Assembly (NCBI GenBank): GCA_046758445.1
Contig: JBHIAE010000001.1
Span: 64,001-128,000, forward strand
Reading direction: 5' to 3'
DNA: 64,000 nucleotides
Origin: Candidatus Thorarchaeota archaeon
Lineage (GTDB): Archaea > Asgardarchaeota > Thorarchaeia > Thorarchaeales > Thorarchaeaceae
The notes under the pieces are model-generated. The model saw only the letters and a list, made by a program, of their open reading frames with translations. It searched no databases and had not been told where the DNA came from. Within the stretch, counting starts at the first letter, position 1. Each line of letters starts with the position of its first letter. A program made the translations under genes and the position numbers. Below, piece after piece: positions 19,504-30,047 of the stretch.

Positions 19504-20577
19504 TCATGTCCCACGGTGTCCAGCCTGAGCGGGAAACGACATCTCACCAACCAAGTTCGTTGCCATCAACTCCCTGACCTTGCTGGCACTAGTGGTATGA
19601 CCCAGTACCCAGGCAAGTTTCACGACGGCGGCTTCAGAAGTCATATCGAATGCACTCATCGCCCCTACATCTGCTGCCGCACGTCCAACTTCATACATTG
19701 ATAGGTCAGCTTGGCCAAATGTGCATTGCGAACTGATGACAACAAAACAGCCTCGATCCACAGCCTCTCGAATCGCCTCCGTCAAAGCGTTCTCTTCAGT
19801 GGGGATGTTGCCAGAGCCAAACCCCTCAATGACAATTCCGCGATACCCCATATCCAGTACCCTCATGAGTATCTCGGGTGGAAGTCCTGGAAAGACCTTC
19901 AGAAGCCACACTTTGTCATCAAGAAGAGAGTCAAACGTAGGGACTAGATCGGCCCTGCTTCTTCTTCCTTCGTACAAGACGATGTTTCTAGCTAGTACTC
20001 CAAGCGGTGTCGGGTCCATGGAGTCAAATGCATCATAGGAGTTGACTCGCAACTTCTTGGCTCTAGTAGCACGATGAATCTCACCATTAAACACGATACA
20101 TGTTTCACCAATGTCTCCAAAGGCTGCAACTCTTATCGCATCCAACAGGTTTCTCGGTCCGTCGCTCCAAGGAACTGTCGCCGGAATCTGCGAGCCGGTG
20201 AAGATGATTGGCTTGCCGGAATCTTGGACCATGAAACTGACTGCTGCGGCCGAATACACCATTGTGTCAGTGCCGTGAGTTATCACGATGCCCTGGAGAT
20301 CCGGCATTTCATCGTTCACATCTTTGATAGCGCTAGCAATCTCCTGCCAATGATGAGGTTGTGCGTTAGCTGAGTCGAGTTGGAATAGCTCCTTCTGACA
20401 TACGTCAACATTGCCCATGCCTTTTGGTAGTCTCTCTAGAAGTGTTTCAACAGAGAGTCCAGGCCTTAGCACTTCAGTCTGTGAATCGTAAACGCTGGAG
20501 ATAGTCCCTCCCGTTGTAATCAGACACACCTTTGCTGTTTCCGGCTGCGTCAAGGTCATCACCACGCGTCCTGTCAT
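19504..20577 (-). CDS. ansA: L-asparaginase, type I
   Basis: TTGGTIS, THGTDT, TGSQ.P, EGFGSGN; no GatD N-terminal domain. Confidence 0.9.
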   Translation of the reverse strand: MTGRVVMTLTQPETAKVCLITTGGTISSVYDSQTEVLRPGLSVETLLERLPKGMGNVDVCQKELFQLDSANAQPHHWQEIASAIKDVNDEMPDLQGIVITHGTDTMVYSAAAVSFMVQDSGKPIIFTGSQIPATVPWSDGPRNLLDAIRVAAFGDIGETCIVFNGEIHRATRAKKLRVNSYDAFDSMDPTPLGVLARNIVLYEGRRSRADLVPTFDSLLDDKVWLLKVFPGLPPEILMRVLDMGYRGIVIEGFGSGNIPTEENALTEAIREAVDRGCFVVISSQCTFGQADLSMYEVGRAAADVGAMSAFDMTSEAAVVKLAWVLGHTTSASKVRELMATNLVGEMSFPAQAGHRGT

Positions 20578-20630
20578 GAGGATGATTTATTGGTGTTGCG
20601 ATGAGTGGAATAGTCATTCGGTGATTTTGA

Positions 20631-21830
20631 ATGCACGACCTTGTGATTGTTGGCGGAGGACCAGCAGGAGCAACATGTGCAAGAAGAGCAGCACTGAATG
20701 GTCTAGACGTGCTGTTGGTGGAAAGAGAAGTTCATCCGAGACCCAAGCTTTGTGGGGGAGCGTTAACCCATCGCGTTGCAGACCTGGTCGATTTCAATTT
20801 CTCTCATGTCGTGCAGGCGGAATCCAGCGGGGGGCGTCTATACTCTCACTCAGGAGAATGTTTGGAACTCAGCCGAAGCGACTACATTGGTTATCTCGTC
20901 AATCGCCCGGACCTCGACACCCTCCTCATCCAGAAGGCAAAGGAGGCGGGGGCAGAAGTACTCGAGGGTACCAAGGTCTTGGCAGTTGAGCAGCTAAGGT
21001 CGGGAGTCAGAGTCCTCACACATGGCGACTCCCACAGAGCCCATCTGTTAGTGGGTGCAGATGGAGTCAATGGAGTCGTTGCAAAGCAGATGCGGATTCG
21101 TGACAAGTGGTCACCGGAGAGTGTCGGTCTGTGCATCGCTGCCGACTTTCAACTGGATCCGGACGAGGTCTTCAGAGTGATGGCTCTAACCGATTCAAAG
21201 TCAATGGGCATCGACCTTCACTTGGGAATCCTGACCTGGGGATATGGTTGGTGTTTTCCCAAGAAGGACATACTGAATATCGGCATTGGATGCAGGGTGG
21301 ACCACGCATCTAACCTTCGTGGTCATTGGAACCCGTTTGTGAAGAGAGTAGAGAGTCTGAAGGGGGTCAAACTCTCCACTTCAGAGAGGAGTGCATTTCG
21401 TATTCCCCTGGGAGGTGCTATGGCAAGGTATGTGGCCAGAAGGACTATACTTGTCGGAGATGCTGCTGGGTTGGTTTCACCAGTGACGGGAGAGGGGGTC
21501 TACTACGCAATGAAATCGGGAATGATCGCAGCCGACGTTGCATCAGAGGCCGCGGAGATGAAACAACCTCAACATGTCCTGTCCTATGAGAAACGCTTGA
21601 GGGAGTCGATCTTGAGCGAACTTCGCGCCGCCCGCAACATCGCCAAGATCCTGTTCAAATCAAAGAAGAACATGAGTATTGTATTCAGGATTGCAGAGAA
21701 AGACCCCGTGATGAGAGAGTACATCATCGACTTTGTTACAGGAACTCAACCCCTTCCTCAGGTGCGCAAAAAGATGACCAGAAGAATGCTGAGCCGTCAC
21801 CCCATGATGGCCTTGAGATTGAGGCTCTAG
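20631..21830 (+). CDS. Geranylgeranyl reductase family FAD oxidoreductase
   Basis: VGGGPAG, KLCGG, GADG, GYGWCFPK, VGDAAG.VSP.TGEG. Confidence 0.9.
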   Translation: MHDLVIVGGGPAGATCARRAALNGLDVLLVEREVHPRPKLCGGALTHRVADLVDFNFSHVVQAESSGGRLYSHSGECLELSRSDYIGYLVNRPDLDTLLIQKAKEAGAEVLEGTKVLAVEQLRSGVRVLTHGDSHRAHLLVGADGVNGVVAKQMRIRDKWSPESVGLCIAADFQLDPDEVFRVMALTDSKSMGIDLHLGILTWGYGWCFPKKDILNIGIGCRVDHASNLRGHWNPFVKRVESLKGVKLSTSERSAFRIPLGGAMARYVARRTILVGDAAGLVSPVTGEGVYYAMKSGMIAADVASEAAEMKQPQHVLSYEKRLRESILSELRAARNIAKILFKSKKNMSIVFRIAEKDPVMREYIIDFVTGTQPLPQVRKKMTRRMLSRHPMMALRLRL

Positions 21831-21844
21831 CCAATCATGAACGG

Positions 21845-22780
21845 TCATGGAGGGACTACTTTGGTTGACCCATCCAGATTCAACTGAATCCTCATGAAAT
21901 CCGTGGCTAGGATTGAATTCGGCAGGATTGCACGGGCCTCCTCCAGAATCTGTGTCCCATCCCCGTAACGCGGGCTATAGTGCGTGAGTACGAGCAATCT
22001 GACATCAGAATGCCTTGCAAGTTCAGCAGCCGAAAGAGCAGTCATGTGACCTCTCTCCTCAGCAAGATCAGAGTGTTCCGAGGTATACATCGCCTCGGAG
22101 ATTAGGACATCGGCATTCCTTGCAGCCTCTCTAAGACTATCACATGGTCTGGTGTCTCCGGTGTATACAACTTTCAGTGGGCGTGGCTTTGAACCAGTAA
22201 CATCCTCTGGTCGGACTTCTCTACCATCGTCCAAGACTACTGCTTCACCATTCGACAGTTTCCCCCATAGCGGCCCCTTCGGCACTCCCAGACTCTTCGC
22301 TCTATCAGGCAGGAATTCTCCTGTCGGTCTGCTGTATGTCACCTCATATCCAAAGGCGAGACCCCGATGGTCCACTTCAAAAGCTCGAACTGCGATATCG
22401 TCATTCTCGAAAAGCACTCCGCCCTCAATCCCGTACACAGTCGTCTTGAAAGTCGTTCCAAGATTGATGGTCTTTTGGTTCACCTTCACATACTCGATTA
22501 ACTCAACCGGCCCATAGATGTCCAGAGGCTTGATTCGGCCCAGCAGGGAAAACCTGAGTAATAAGCCTCCCAGTCCGAGTAAATGGTCTGCATGCGTATG
22601 TGTTATGAAGACGGCCATCTTCTTGTTTTGTCCTAATCCAGCCCGCTCGAACTGCCTCTGTGTGTCTTCTCCACAGTCGAACATCAGGTTCCATCCGCGA
22701 TGTCTAACCACTATGGCCGGATGGTTCCTTCCTTCAGTAGGGATACTTCCGCCACTGCCAAGTATCACTATCTCTATCAA
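21845..22780 (-). CDS. rnz: Ribonuclease Z
   Basis: LGSGGSIP, DCGE.TQ, THTHADHLLG, GP exosite arm, GDT, HYSPRY. Confidence 0.96.
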   Translation of the reverse strand: MIEIVILGSGGSIPTEGRNHPAIVVRHRGWNLMFDCGEDTQRQFERAGLGQNKKMAVFITHTHADHLLGLGGLLLRFSLLGRIKPLDIYGPVELIEYVKVNQKTINLGTTFKTTVYGIEGGVLFENDDIAVRAFEVDHRGLAFGYEVTYSRPTGEFLPDRAKSLGVPKGPLWGKLSNGEAVVLDDGREVRPEDVTGSKPRPLKVVYTGDTRPCDSLREAARNADVLISEAMYTSEHSDLAEERGHMTALSAAELARHSDVRLLVLTHYSPRYGDGTQILEEARAILPNSILATDFMRIQLNLDGSTKVVPP

Positions 22781-22845
22781 GTTTCGATTGCCACCATACC
22801 GGCCGTTCTGTTTCAGTCAAGATATGGATTGCGACTCCGAAGTTG

Positions 22846-24234
22846 CTAGGCTAGATCGACTGGAATCTCTCCCTGCTCTGCCTCTCTTCGCACAATACCG
22901 AATGATCTCGCATCGAAGAAGTCTCCGTGGCCCCACTTCCACGCCCTGCCACGTCGGCTAAACATTGCAGCAGTTGTGAGCCGACTGCCGTGTCCGGCAG
23001 CGATCATATGTGCAGAGTAGTCATCAACACGCGACATCCAAGACCCCAGTGCTCTGATGAGCTCACGAGCAGTGCCGGGCGGCAGAGCTGCAAGCTGAAG
23101 CACTCTCTTCTCATCTGTTTCCAGATTCACAATTCGTGTCAGATACGTGACAGGCAGGAAACTCCATGCCCCCAGTACGCTGCCAGCTGTTTCAACGCTG
23201 GAGAGAACAAGCATGCGTTCGGATAGCAGGGGGACTCTCACTCTAGTCCTAGGTACTACAACCTGATCCTCTATCAACTGTGCTCTTCTTCTGAATACTG
23301 TACTCTCGGACAAACCGGTACTACTCACAATCTCAGATGCTGTTGACTCGAAGTCTTCTGTCAGCTGATCAATTATCTTCAAATCAGCAGCTGTGAGGTG
23401 CACATGCTCTGAGCTCCTCATTGGCGAGTCGCTCACCACCAGATGATTCTCACCCTTTCTCAACTGAGTGGACCAATGAAACACGTCTAGATTCCATCCG
23501 GCCTTGGGGACACTATACGAACCATTGAAACTGGATTTGCCAGTCGAAAGCTGCCACGCAGAAACACGAATGGAGGTTGTTCTCAATCCTCGTACAATGT
23601 TGAGCAAGTCCTCTATTCTCTCTTTCGGGATGGTGGCAACGTGAAGTGCCATCTGCTCACTACCGTCGATAAAGAGATTCTTCGTAATATATGGTGACGA
23701 GAGAACAAGCTTCGGGGATTCCAAGATAATCAACACTCTTAGAAGGCCGAGCTTGCCTGCGTTAAGTAGACCCTCCATTCTCAATACGTCAGCCCTTCTA
23801 AGTCGCTGGACAGCACGTCTTGCTTGTGAATAGCTTAGTCCGCTCTTCCGAGCAAGACTCCTGAGGCCGAGACTAGGCTCATTTAGAGTTTCACTGAGAA
23901 TTGCTAGCTCAGTGTCTGAGAAGACAGAAATGTTTGCGCGCCAGACGGCTTCAACGAGATTCCATAGATCCTTCTGGGTGATGACTTCCACGCCACCCAG
24001 CTCGCGGACTCGTTGAACTCTTCGCTCAAGCGCTGTATAGAGGCTGCCGCGGTGACTCTCAACCATTTGTTTGAGCCGCGTCATCTCAGGGCCGGGCTGG
24101 AAAACTTCAACCTGTCCTCCCTCGTGCAACTCGTGAATGAACCGGAGAAGTGCTCTCGCATCTGTTGTTAACAGGTTCCTCCAGTCCGAGCCATCATTGC
24201 CTGACATGACACTGTCCTCGTGCGACAAGACCAT
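22846..24234 (-). CDS. Hypothetical protein with two Lrp/AsnC-like HTH modules
   Basis: LRSLARKSGLSYSQARRAVQRL and DLKII..L...ASEIVSSTGLSESTVFRRRAQL. Confidence 0.65.
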   Translation of the reverse strand: MVLSHEDSVMSGNDGSDWRNLLTTDARALLRFIHELHEGGQVEVFQPGPEMTRLKQMVESHRGSLYTALERRVQRVRELGGVEVITQKDLWNLVEAVWRANISVFSDTELAILSETLNEPSLGLRSLARKSGLSYSQARRAVQRLRRADVLRMEGLLNAGKLGLLRVLIILESPKLVLSSPYITKNLFIDGSEQMALHVATIPKERIEDLLNIVRGLRTTSIRVSAWQLSTGKSSFNGSYSVPKAGWNLDVFHWSTQLRKGENHLVVSDSPMRSSEHVHLTAADLKIIDQLTEDFESTASEIVSSTGLSESTVFRRRAQLIEDQVVVPRTRVRVPLLSERMLVLSSVETAGSVLGAWSFLPVTYLTRIVNLETDEKRVLQLAALPPGTARELIRALGSWMSRVDDYSAHMIAAGHGSRLTTAAMFSRRGRAWKWGHGDFFDARSFGIVRREAEQGEIPVDLA

Positions 24235-24309
24235 GAAGTGTAGCTCCTTTCTTACTTTGTAATATACAGAGTTGCGTTCCAGCTGAGCAATAAAAGGCTA
24301 GAGAGAAAC

Positions 24310-25074
24310 CTACAGAGGAGTGGAGTCACTCCAAAGACTCTCAAAATAGGCTGATGCCATTGCTGCAAAAACAGGTGCCGAACTAAAGACACCTAGAAAC
24401 TCTCCCTTTGTGTCCCCACCAGCTAGCATGATTAGAGTCTGTCGCGCGTCGGTCACCAGACCAGCCCCGAAGACACGATCTCGGGTTCGGACTTCAAAGT
24501 CAGCTGGAATCAGAGACCTCAAGGAGGCATCTACACCGGATGTCAAGACTCTAGTTTTGCTTGCTCTGGCAGAGAGGGCTCTCTCTATTACAGGATTCAG
24601 ATCCTCTAGTTCTAGGGTCAAAGCCGGCACTGACAGAATGACCTCCTCCCTAGCAGCATCAAGCATCTCAAGAGCTTTAGCCAAAATGGCAGCCCTTCCA
24701 TGCAGCAACCAGACATCCCGTGTCGTGGCCGTGGTTTCCCGCTCGAATAGGGGTTGAAGCTCCTCCACTACGAGCTTGGTGGCACTCTCGATCCGGTGTT
24801 CCCAGTCAAGTCGAACGAGTCGCACCACCTCTGTTGGAGACTTGGCCGTGTAGAGAGTGGGTCTCCCTTTGCTCACAGTTATGAATCCCTTCTCCTCCAA
24901 GCGACCAAGTACATCATATATTCTAGAGTAAGGAACCTGAGACTTGCTGCTGATGTCAGATGCTGCCATCTGTCCTCCTTCAACTAATGCAAGATAGGCG
25001 GAAGTTTCATACTCTGTGAGCCCAAGCTCCTTTAACGCCTTCAGAGTCGTGTCACTGACCAGCATTGTCACCAC
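24310..25074 (-). CDS. TrmB family transcriptional regulator
   Basis: LGLTEYE..AY.AL, SQVPYSRIYDVL..LE.KG, GRP..Y.A. Confidence 0.92.
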   Translation of the reverse strand: MVTMLVSDTTLKALKELGLTEYETSAYLALVEGGQMAASDISSKSQVPYSRIYDVLGRLEEKGFITVSKGRPTLYTAKSPTEVVRLVRLDWEHRIESATKLVVEELQPLFERETTATTRDVWLLHGRAAILAKALEMLDAAREEVILSVPALTLELEDLNPVIERALSARASKTRVLTSGVDASLRSLIPADFEVRTRDRVFGAGLVTDARQTLIMLAGGDTKGEFLGVFSSAPVFAAMASAYFESLWSDSTPL

Positions 25075-25139
25075 TACGAGTGGTGAACAGTTCTAGCTTA
25101 TTAAGTGGTGCCAATATGCGAGTTGAAGAGAGGTATTAT

Positions 25140-25712
25140 CTACGTCTTCTGGCGATTCTCAACGTACCATTCTAGGAATTTGCGAAAGGCCTCGGACCGG
25201 TGAGAAACCTTCACCTTCTCATCAAGTGACAATTGGGCATAGGTGCGTGATTCTCCGTCTGGCACGAAGATTGGGTCATAGCCAAATCCACCCTCTCCAG
25301 CTGGCGCCTTGGCAATGTCCCCGTACATGGTACCAATGAAGTAGCGAAACACCCACCCATCTGCGTAACCAACTCCCGTATCGAATCGGGCATCTCTGTC
25401 CTCAACACCTTCCATCAAACGCAAGAGGCCCTCGCATCCGATGGACTCGAGAACGAACGCTGCGTAAGGGCCGGGGAAGTCGTTGAGCGACTCGACATAT
25501 AGACCCGTGTCATCAACTACAACGGGACGCTTGAGAACCTTGTAGGCGTTCTTCGCGGCTTCCATAGCGACCCTGCCAATGCTGTTTGCTCTCACCTCAT
25601 ACTTCTCGAGATCCGATGTTTCAAAGGGAACGCCAAACTCATCAAACAGGGGAGTGAGTTCCGCAACCTTATGTTCATTCCTGGTAATCAGAATCAACTT
25701 ATCCTTTGACAT
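25140..25712 (-). CDS. rdgB: Non-canonical purine NTP pyrophosphatase (RdgB/HAM1)
   Basis: TRN.HK, DDTGL, FPGPY, GFGYDPIF, SHR. Confidence 0.95.
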   Translation of the reverse strand: MSKDKLILITRNEHKVAELTPLFDEFGVPFETSDLEKYEVRANSIGRVAMEAAKNAYKVLKRPVVVDDTGLYVESLNDFPGPYAAFVLESIGCEGLLRLMEGVEDRDARFDTGVGYADGWVFRYFIGTMYGDIAKAPAGEGGFGYDPIFVPDGESRTYAQLSLDEKVKVSHRSEAFRKFLEWYVENRQKT

Positions 25713-26826
25713 AGTTCAAGACCTCTTTCAGCACCTTGTAGGAGCTTCTGATATGCTCCAGATCGAACATACCGGTTGCGTTCCAAAGTATCATGTGTGT
25801 CAGACCAGCTCTCCTATACTCCTCAAGCATCTTTATGATAGCCTCAGAGCCTCCAGACATGTAGAAGTCATCTAAGATCTCTTTTGGTACTTGATCCATT
25901 GCCTTGAGAGTGGTTTCACGATCATAGCGCATTGGTATGTAGTCAGTAAGTGAGTAGAAGTCCTTCCCAAAGGGATGTTCATAGCCAAGCCTCGCCCACT
26001 CGTTAGACGGGTACAACAATGCAAATGCCTTAGCAATCTTGCTCTGCTTCAGCCGATCGCAGACCGACTCGTCCTCGTCTAGGATACACCAGTTCCAAAG
26101 AGCAGCAGTGAATGGGCCGGTCTTGTCTAGCCTCTGTCTGTGCTTCTTAATCGTGTTCAAGCGGTCCGCATACTCGTTAGGTGGAAGAAGTGTGGGGATC
26201 CAGCCGTCACCAAATTCAGCCGTAATCCTCAGCATCTTCGGTCCCATGGCCGCTGTCCAGATTGGAGGAGGTCTTTCTGGGTCCAGCGGTCTAAGGGACA
26301 TGACTGCATCTCTGAGCTTCCAGAACTTCCCATCATAGTTGAAGGGTTCATGGGACTTCCAAACTAGCTGAATAATCTCAAGAGCCTCTCTCAGCTTTCC
26401 GACTTGACCTGAGAACTTCAGCCCATAGGGCTCAATATTCTCTAGCTCTCCAGCACCGATTCCCAGGACTGCTCTCCCGTTGCTGATGTGGTCAAGAGTG
26501 AGAAATGTCTGGGCCAACAACACCGGATGTCGTCTGATGGGTTCTGTGACTGCTGAAACCAGCTTCACTCTTTCTGTCACAGAAGCACATGCTGCCATAA
26601 TAGTCCCGAGTTCATAGTAAGTATGCGGAGACTGTTGTAAGAGGGAGAGGGGTGTGACATCAGGAACCCAGACGCTTTCAGGAATGAATCCCGCGAAATG
26701 GTCAGGAAACGCCATACTATCATAGCCCAGAGAATCAATCGTCTTCGCGTTTCTAATTGCATTCTCAATGGGTGGAAGGAATGGCCCTGGAGCCCCAATC
26801 TCCAGATCATGAATGTCTGTCATCAA
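25699..26826 (-). CDS. LLM-class (luciferase-like) flavin/F420-dependent oxidoreductase
   Basis: PDH, RRHP..LAQ...TLDHIS.GR..LGIGAG, PPIW.AA.GP.ML. Confidence 0.9.
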   Translation of the reverse strand: MMTDIHDLEIGAPGPFLPPIENAIRNAKTIDSLGYDSMAFPDHFAGFIPESVWVPDVTPLSLLQQSPHTYYELGTIMAACASVTERVKLVSAVTEPIRRHPVLLAQTFLTLDHISNGRAVLGIGAGELENIEPYGLKFSGQVGKLREALEIIQLVWKSHEPFNYDGKFWKLRDAVMSLRPLDPERPPPIWTAAMGPKMLRITAEFGDGWIPTLLPPNEYADRLNTIKKHRQRLDKTGPFTAALWNWCILDEDESVCDRLKQSKIAKAFALLYPSNEWARLGYEHPFGKDFYSLTDYIPMRYDRETTLKAMDQVPKEILDDFYMSGGSEAIIKMLEEYRRAGLTHMILWNATGMFDLEHIRSSYKVLKEVLNYVKG

Positions 26827-26829
26827 TGA

Positions 26830-28005
26830 TCACTTCTCGGAAAAACAGATGAGAGCGTCTTTGACCTTTTCGAAGTCCTCAAGATGCATGAACTCATCCA
26901 GTCCATGGTAGTTGTTGTCGTCACGCAGCGTGCCGTAACACGCTGTTGGTATGCCGACTCCAGTAAAGAAGTGGCCATCATTTCCACCCAAGTCTGCAGC
27001 AATTGGAATGTCAGGACTTACGGCCTCTTGGACTGCCGCGTGGAATGTCTTGATGAATCGGTCTTCTGGGTCTGAACTCCAGCCGTGTGCTTTGAGCTTG
27101 AACTCCACACTGGCCTCTACTCCTGTTTCTTCAGTTGCATTCTCAAGAAATCTCTCGATGTCCTTCTGTATATCCTCAGGTTTCTCCTCTGGAATCAATC
27201 GACAATCAAAGGTAATCTCCGCTTTTCCAGGTATGACATTGAATTTGCTGCCAGCTTCATACATTGTCATTGAGAATCTTCCCCATAGGTTCCTATGGGG
27301 CAATCCCGGGGGTGCAGGCAAGTTCGATTCAACTTTACGTCTAACATCGACGAAATCCAACATCACGGTGAGTAGGGGGATAGACAGATGAATCGGGTTG
27401 GGATAGGCAAAGGGATAGCCTGCGTGTCCCTGTTTCCCGTGGACTGTGATTGTTCCAGCAACTACGCCACTGGCGCCAATGCTTACATACTCAGGGCCCG
27501 AATCCACCACAATGCCAAAGTCGCCTCTGATTTTTGGTGGGCCGTTAATGAGGTAGTCGATACCCCAGACTCCTCCGATCTCCTCGTTGGGTGAAATCAG
27601 GAGCTTCCAGTTGACTTTCGAACTTCCTCGCTTGATCAATTCCTTTGCCGCGCTAACACATGCTACGATGTTACCTTTGTTGTCAGACACTCCACGGCCG
27701 TAGGCCTTACCGCCTGCAACTGACATCTTGAAGGGGGGCTTCTTCCAGCCTTCGACGTCGCCTGCAGGTACGACATCGTAATGAGTGCAGAGAAGGACTG
27801 TTTCCTTCGCACCTACGTCCATCGTCGCCACGATGTTCGGTTGGGGCTTATCGTCGCTCTTCGAGTCGAATACTTCAACGGTAAGACCGACCTCTTCACA
27901 GTACCTCTTGATGATATCAGCACATTCGGCGTAGTTCTTCTTCTCATCACTGTTTGTGTCAAGCTCTACTATCTCACGGAGGAAATCCTCTTCCCATTTG
28001 TCCAT
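26830..28005 (-). CDS. M20 family metallopeptidase (ArgE/DapE-like)
   Basis: HYDVVP, YGRGVSDNKG, EEIGG, H..DE. Confidence 0.92.
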   Translation of the reverse strand: MDKWEEDFLREIVELDTNSDEKKNYAECADIIKRYCEEVGLTVEVFDSKSDDKPQPNIVATMDVGAKETVLLCTHYDVVPAGDVEGWKKPPFKMSVAGGKAYGRGVSDNKGNIVACVSAAKELIKRGSSKVNWKLLISPNEEIGGVWGIDYLINGPPKIRGDFGIVVDSGPEYVSIGASGVVAGTITVHGKQGHAGYPFAYPNPIHLSIPLLTVMLDFVDVRRKVESNLPAPPGLPHRNLWGRFSMTMYEAGSKFNVIPGKAEITFDCRLIPEEKPEDIQKDIERFLENATEETGVEASVEFKLKAHGWSSDPEDRFIKTFHAAVQEAVSPDIPIAADLGGNDGHFFTGVGIPTACYGTLRDDNNYHGLDEFMHLEDFEKVKDALICFSEK

Positions 28006-28070
28006 GAGTCTTCTCTCCCGGTGGCAGTTGTAGGACATGTGTTCGCTATAGATTAGTATTATGCATTGTT

Positions 28071-28874
28071 TCATTTCTGACATGTCTGGCAGTAGTAAGT
28101 CTTGAAACGGTTGGCAGTCACCTTAGAAACGCGACCGCCGCACAGAGGACAGATGACCTTGCCCTTGCCGTGAATCATGAGAAAGTCCCTTCTCTCACTT
28201 CCAAGCTGGTGTATATCACGGTCTGACAGAATGTCGAGAACTCGAGAGAGAACATTCCGCATCGAGTGATAGAGACCTTCTACCTCCCCCGTGCTCAAAG
28301 AGCTACGCCGTCTGAATGGGAGAATGCCTGCGTACAGCAGAATCTCATCCGCATAGGCATTTCCGATGCCCTTGACGAATCTTTGGTTGCGCAGGACGTT
28401 CTTAATCTGGCCTCTATGCCGCCGAATCCTCTGTTTGAACACCTCAAGAGTGAGCTCTGGGTCCAATGCCGAAGGACCTCGATCGGAAAAGCCTGCAACG
28501 ACAGAATAGTCGCCTTTCGGTACAAGATAGACTCTTCCCATCCTCTTCTTGTCGTAGTACCACAATGAGTAGTTCTTTGTCTTCACTGAGAACATGTCAG
28601 ACTTGATTGGGGGTCTGGGACCTTCAACGAGTCGAAATCTTCCTGTCAGCATTGGGTTGATCACCAGATCATGATTGACAAGTTCCATTATGATGAATTT
28701 GCCGTCGGGCCTGAATGATTGAAACGATTCGCCAATTGATTCGGATTCGAAGTGGTCTACCGGCTGCCCATGAATCACGATGTGATCATAGACCTTTATT
28801 CTCTTGATGACCTCTCCTTTTAGCTGCTCAGTAAGTCTGCGTGCCAGTACTTCGATTTCTGGCAGTTCAGGCAT
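28071..28874 (-). CDS. Fpg/Nei family DNA glycosylase
   Basis: N-terminal MPELPE, GIGNAYADEIL H2TH, C-terminal CxxC...CxxC zinc finger. Confidence 0.92.
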   Translation of the reverse strand: MPELPEIEVLARRLTEQLKGEVIKRIKVYDHIVIHGQPVDHFESESIGESFQSFRPDGKFIIMELVNHDLVINPMLTGRFRLVEGPRPPIKSDMFSVKTKNYSLWYYDKKRMGRVYLVPKGDYSVVAGFSDRGPSALDPELTLEVFKQRIRRHRGQIKNVLRNQRFVKGIGNAYADEILLYAGILPFRRRSSLSTGEVEGLYHSMRNVLSRVLDILSDRDIHQLGSERRDFLMIHGKGKVICPLCGGRVSKVTANRFKTYYCQTCQK

Positions 28875-29017
28875 GATTGCGCACCACGTCTAACTTGGTC
28901 CTCTGTTTCTTCCGGATTTGGGGAGTATCTGATATAGGCATCGACAATCTATTCCTAGACGGTATTCGACCCTAGACGCCGGATAATGCTTATCAACGTC
29001 AGTGGTAATCTCGACGC

Positions 29018-29980
29018 ATGAAGAGAAGAATAGGGAAAAGAGAGGTCAGTGCTCTTGGGATGGGTTGTTGGGCAATTGGAGGGCCCTTTCAAACTCAAGA
29101 TGGACGGTTCTTCGGATATGGCAATGTGAAGGACGAGGAATCGATAGCTACAATTCACAAAGCAATAGAAATGGGAATCAGCTTCTTTGATACTGCGGAC
29201 GTATACGGAGCAGGGCATAGCGAAAGGATTCTTGGACAGGGCTTGAGGGAATTCCGTGATGATGTCTTTATCGCCACAAAGTTCGGAAGTATGTTCGAAG
29301 AATGGAATCGAATCATCCCGGACAAGCATACATCTTCTATAGATTACCTTCGTAGTGCGGTTCTGGATAGTTGCAGGAAACTCGGCACTGATTTCATCGA
29401 TCTCTACCAGTACCACTGGTGGGAATGTCCGATGGACGAAGCAGAAATCGTCCGAAACGCATTAGATGATCTTGTTTCAGAAGGCACAATTGGAGGATAT
29501 GGCTGGAGTACCGACAATGTTGAACGTGCTGCACTATTCGCAGAAGGCAAGCACTGCACCGCCATTCAGTATGTACTGAACCTGGTCACAGACAATCCAT
29601 CGATGAGGAAACTCTGTCATGAAAGGGGGCTTGCCAGTATCATTAGAGGCCCTTTGAGCTACGGGATTCTCACAGGGAAATACAGCGATTCCTACTCACT
29701 TCCAAAGAACCATTGGGTGAACGCATTGAACTGGAAGGAAGGGAGATTTGCTAAGGTGAGAAGACTAGTGGATGAGATTAGAGAAGTGCTGATTGAGGAT
29801 GGCAGAACATTGGTACAAGCCGCGCTTGGATATATCTGGGCGATTGAACCGACTGCTATACCGATACCGGGTGCCAAGAACATTGCACAGATCACTGAGA
29901 ATGCTCAGGCAATGGAATATGGGCCCCTCAACAAAGCTACCGTAAGTAGGGTAGACGAAATGGCTCGGGAACGACTATGA
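29018..29980 (+). CDS. Aldo/keto reductase
   Basis: GMGCWAIGG, FDTADVYG.G.SE, ATKFG, IDLYQ.H, PIPGAK. Confidence 0.93.
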   Translation: MKRRIGKREVSALGMGCWAIGGPFQTQDGRFFGYGNVKDEESIATIHKAIEMGISFFDTADVYGAGHSERILGQGLREFRDDVFIATKFGSMFEEWNRIIPDKHTSSIDYLRSAVLDSCRKLGTDFIDLYQYHWWECPMDEAEIVRNALDDLVSEGTIGGYGWSTDNVERAALFAEGKHCTAIQYVLNLVTDNPSMRKLCHERGLASIIRGPLSYGILTGKYSDSYSLPKNHWVNALNWKEGRFAKVRRLVDEIREVLIEDGRTLVQAALGYIWAIEPTAIPIPGAKNIAQITENAQAMEYGPLNKATVSRVDEMARERL

Positions 29981-29995
29981 GGTGAGCCCAAAGAC

Positions 29996-30037
29996 AGAGG
30001 TGGTGTTTATTCTAGGTGAGTGCTACGTCACCTCTGG
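29996..30037. terminator. 12-bp stem between convergent genes, possible bidirectional terminator
   Basis: CAGAGGTGGTGT ... ACGTCACCTCTG (two G-U pairs). Confidence 0.4.
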
Positions 30038-30047
30038 TTCGACTCAA

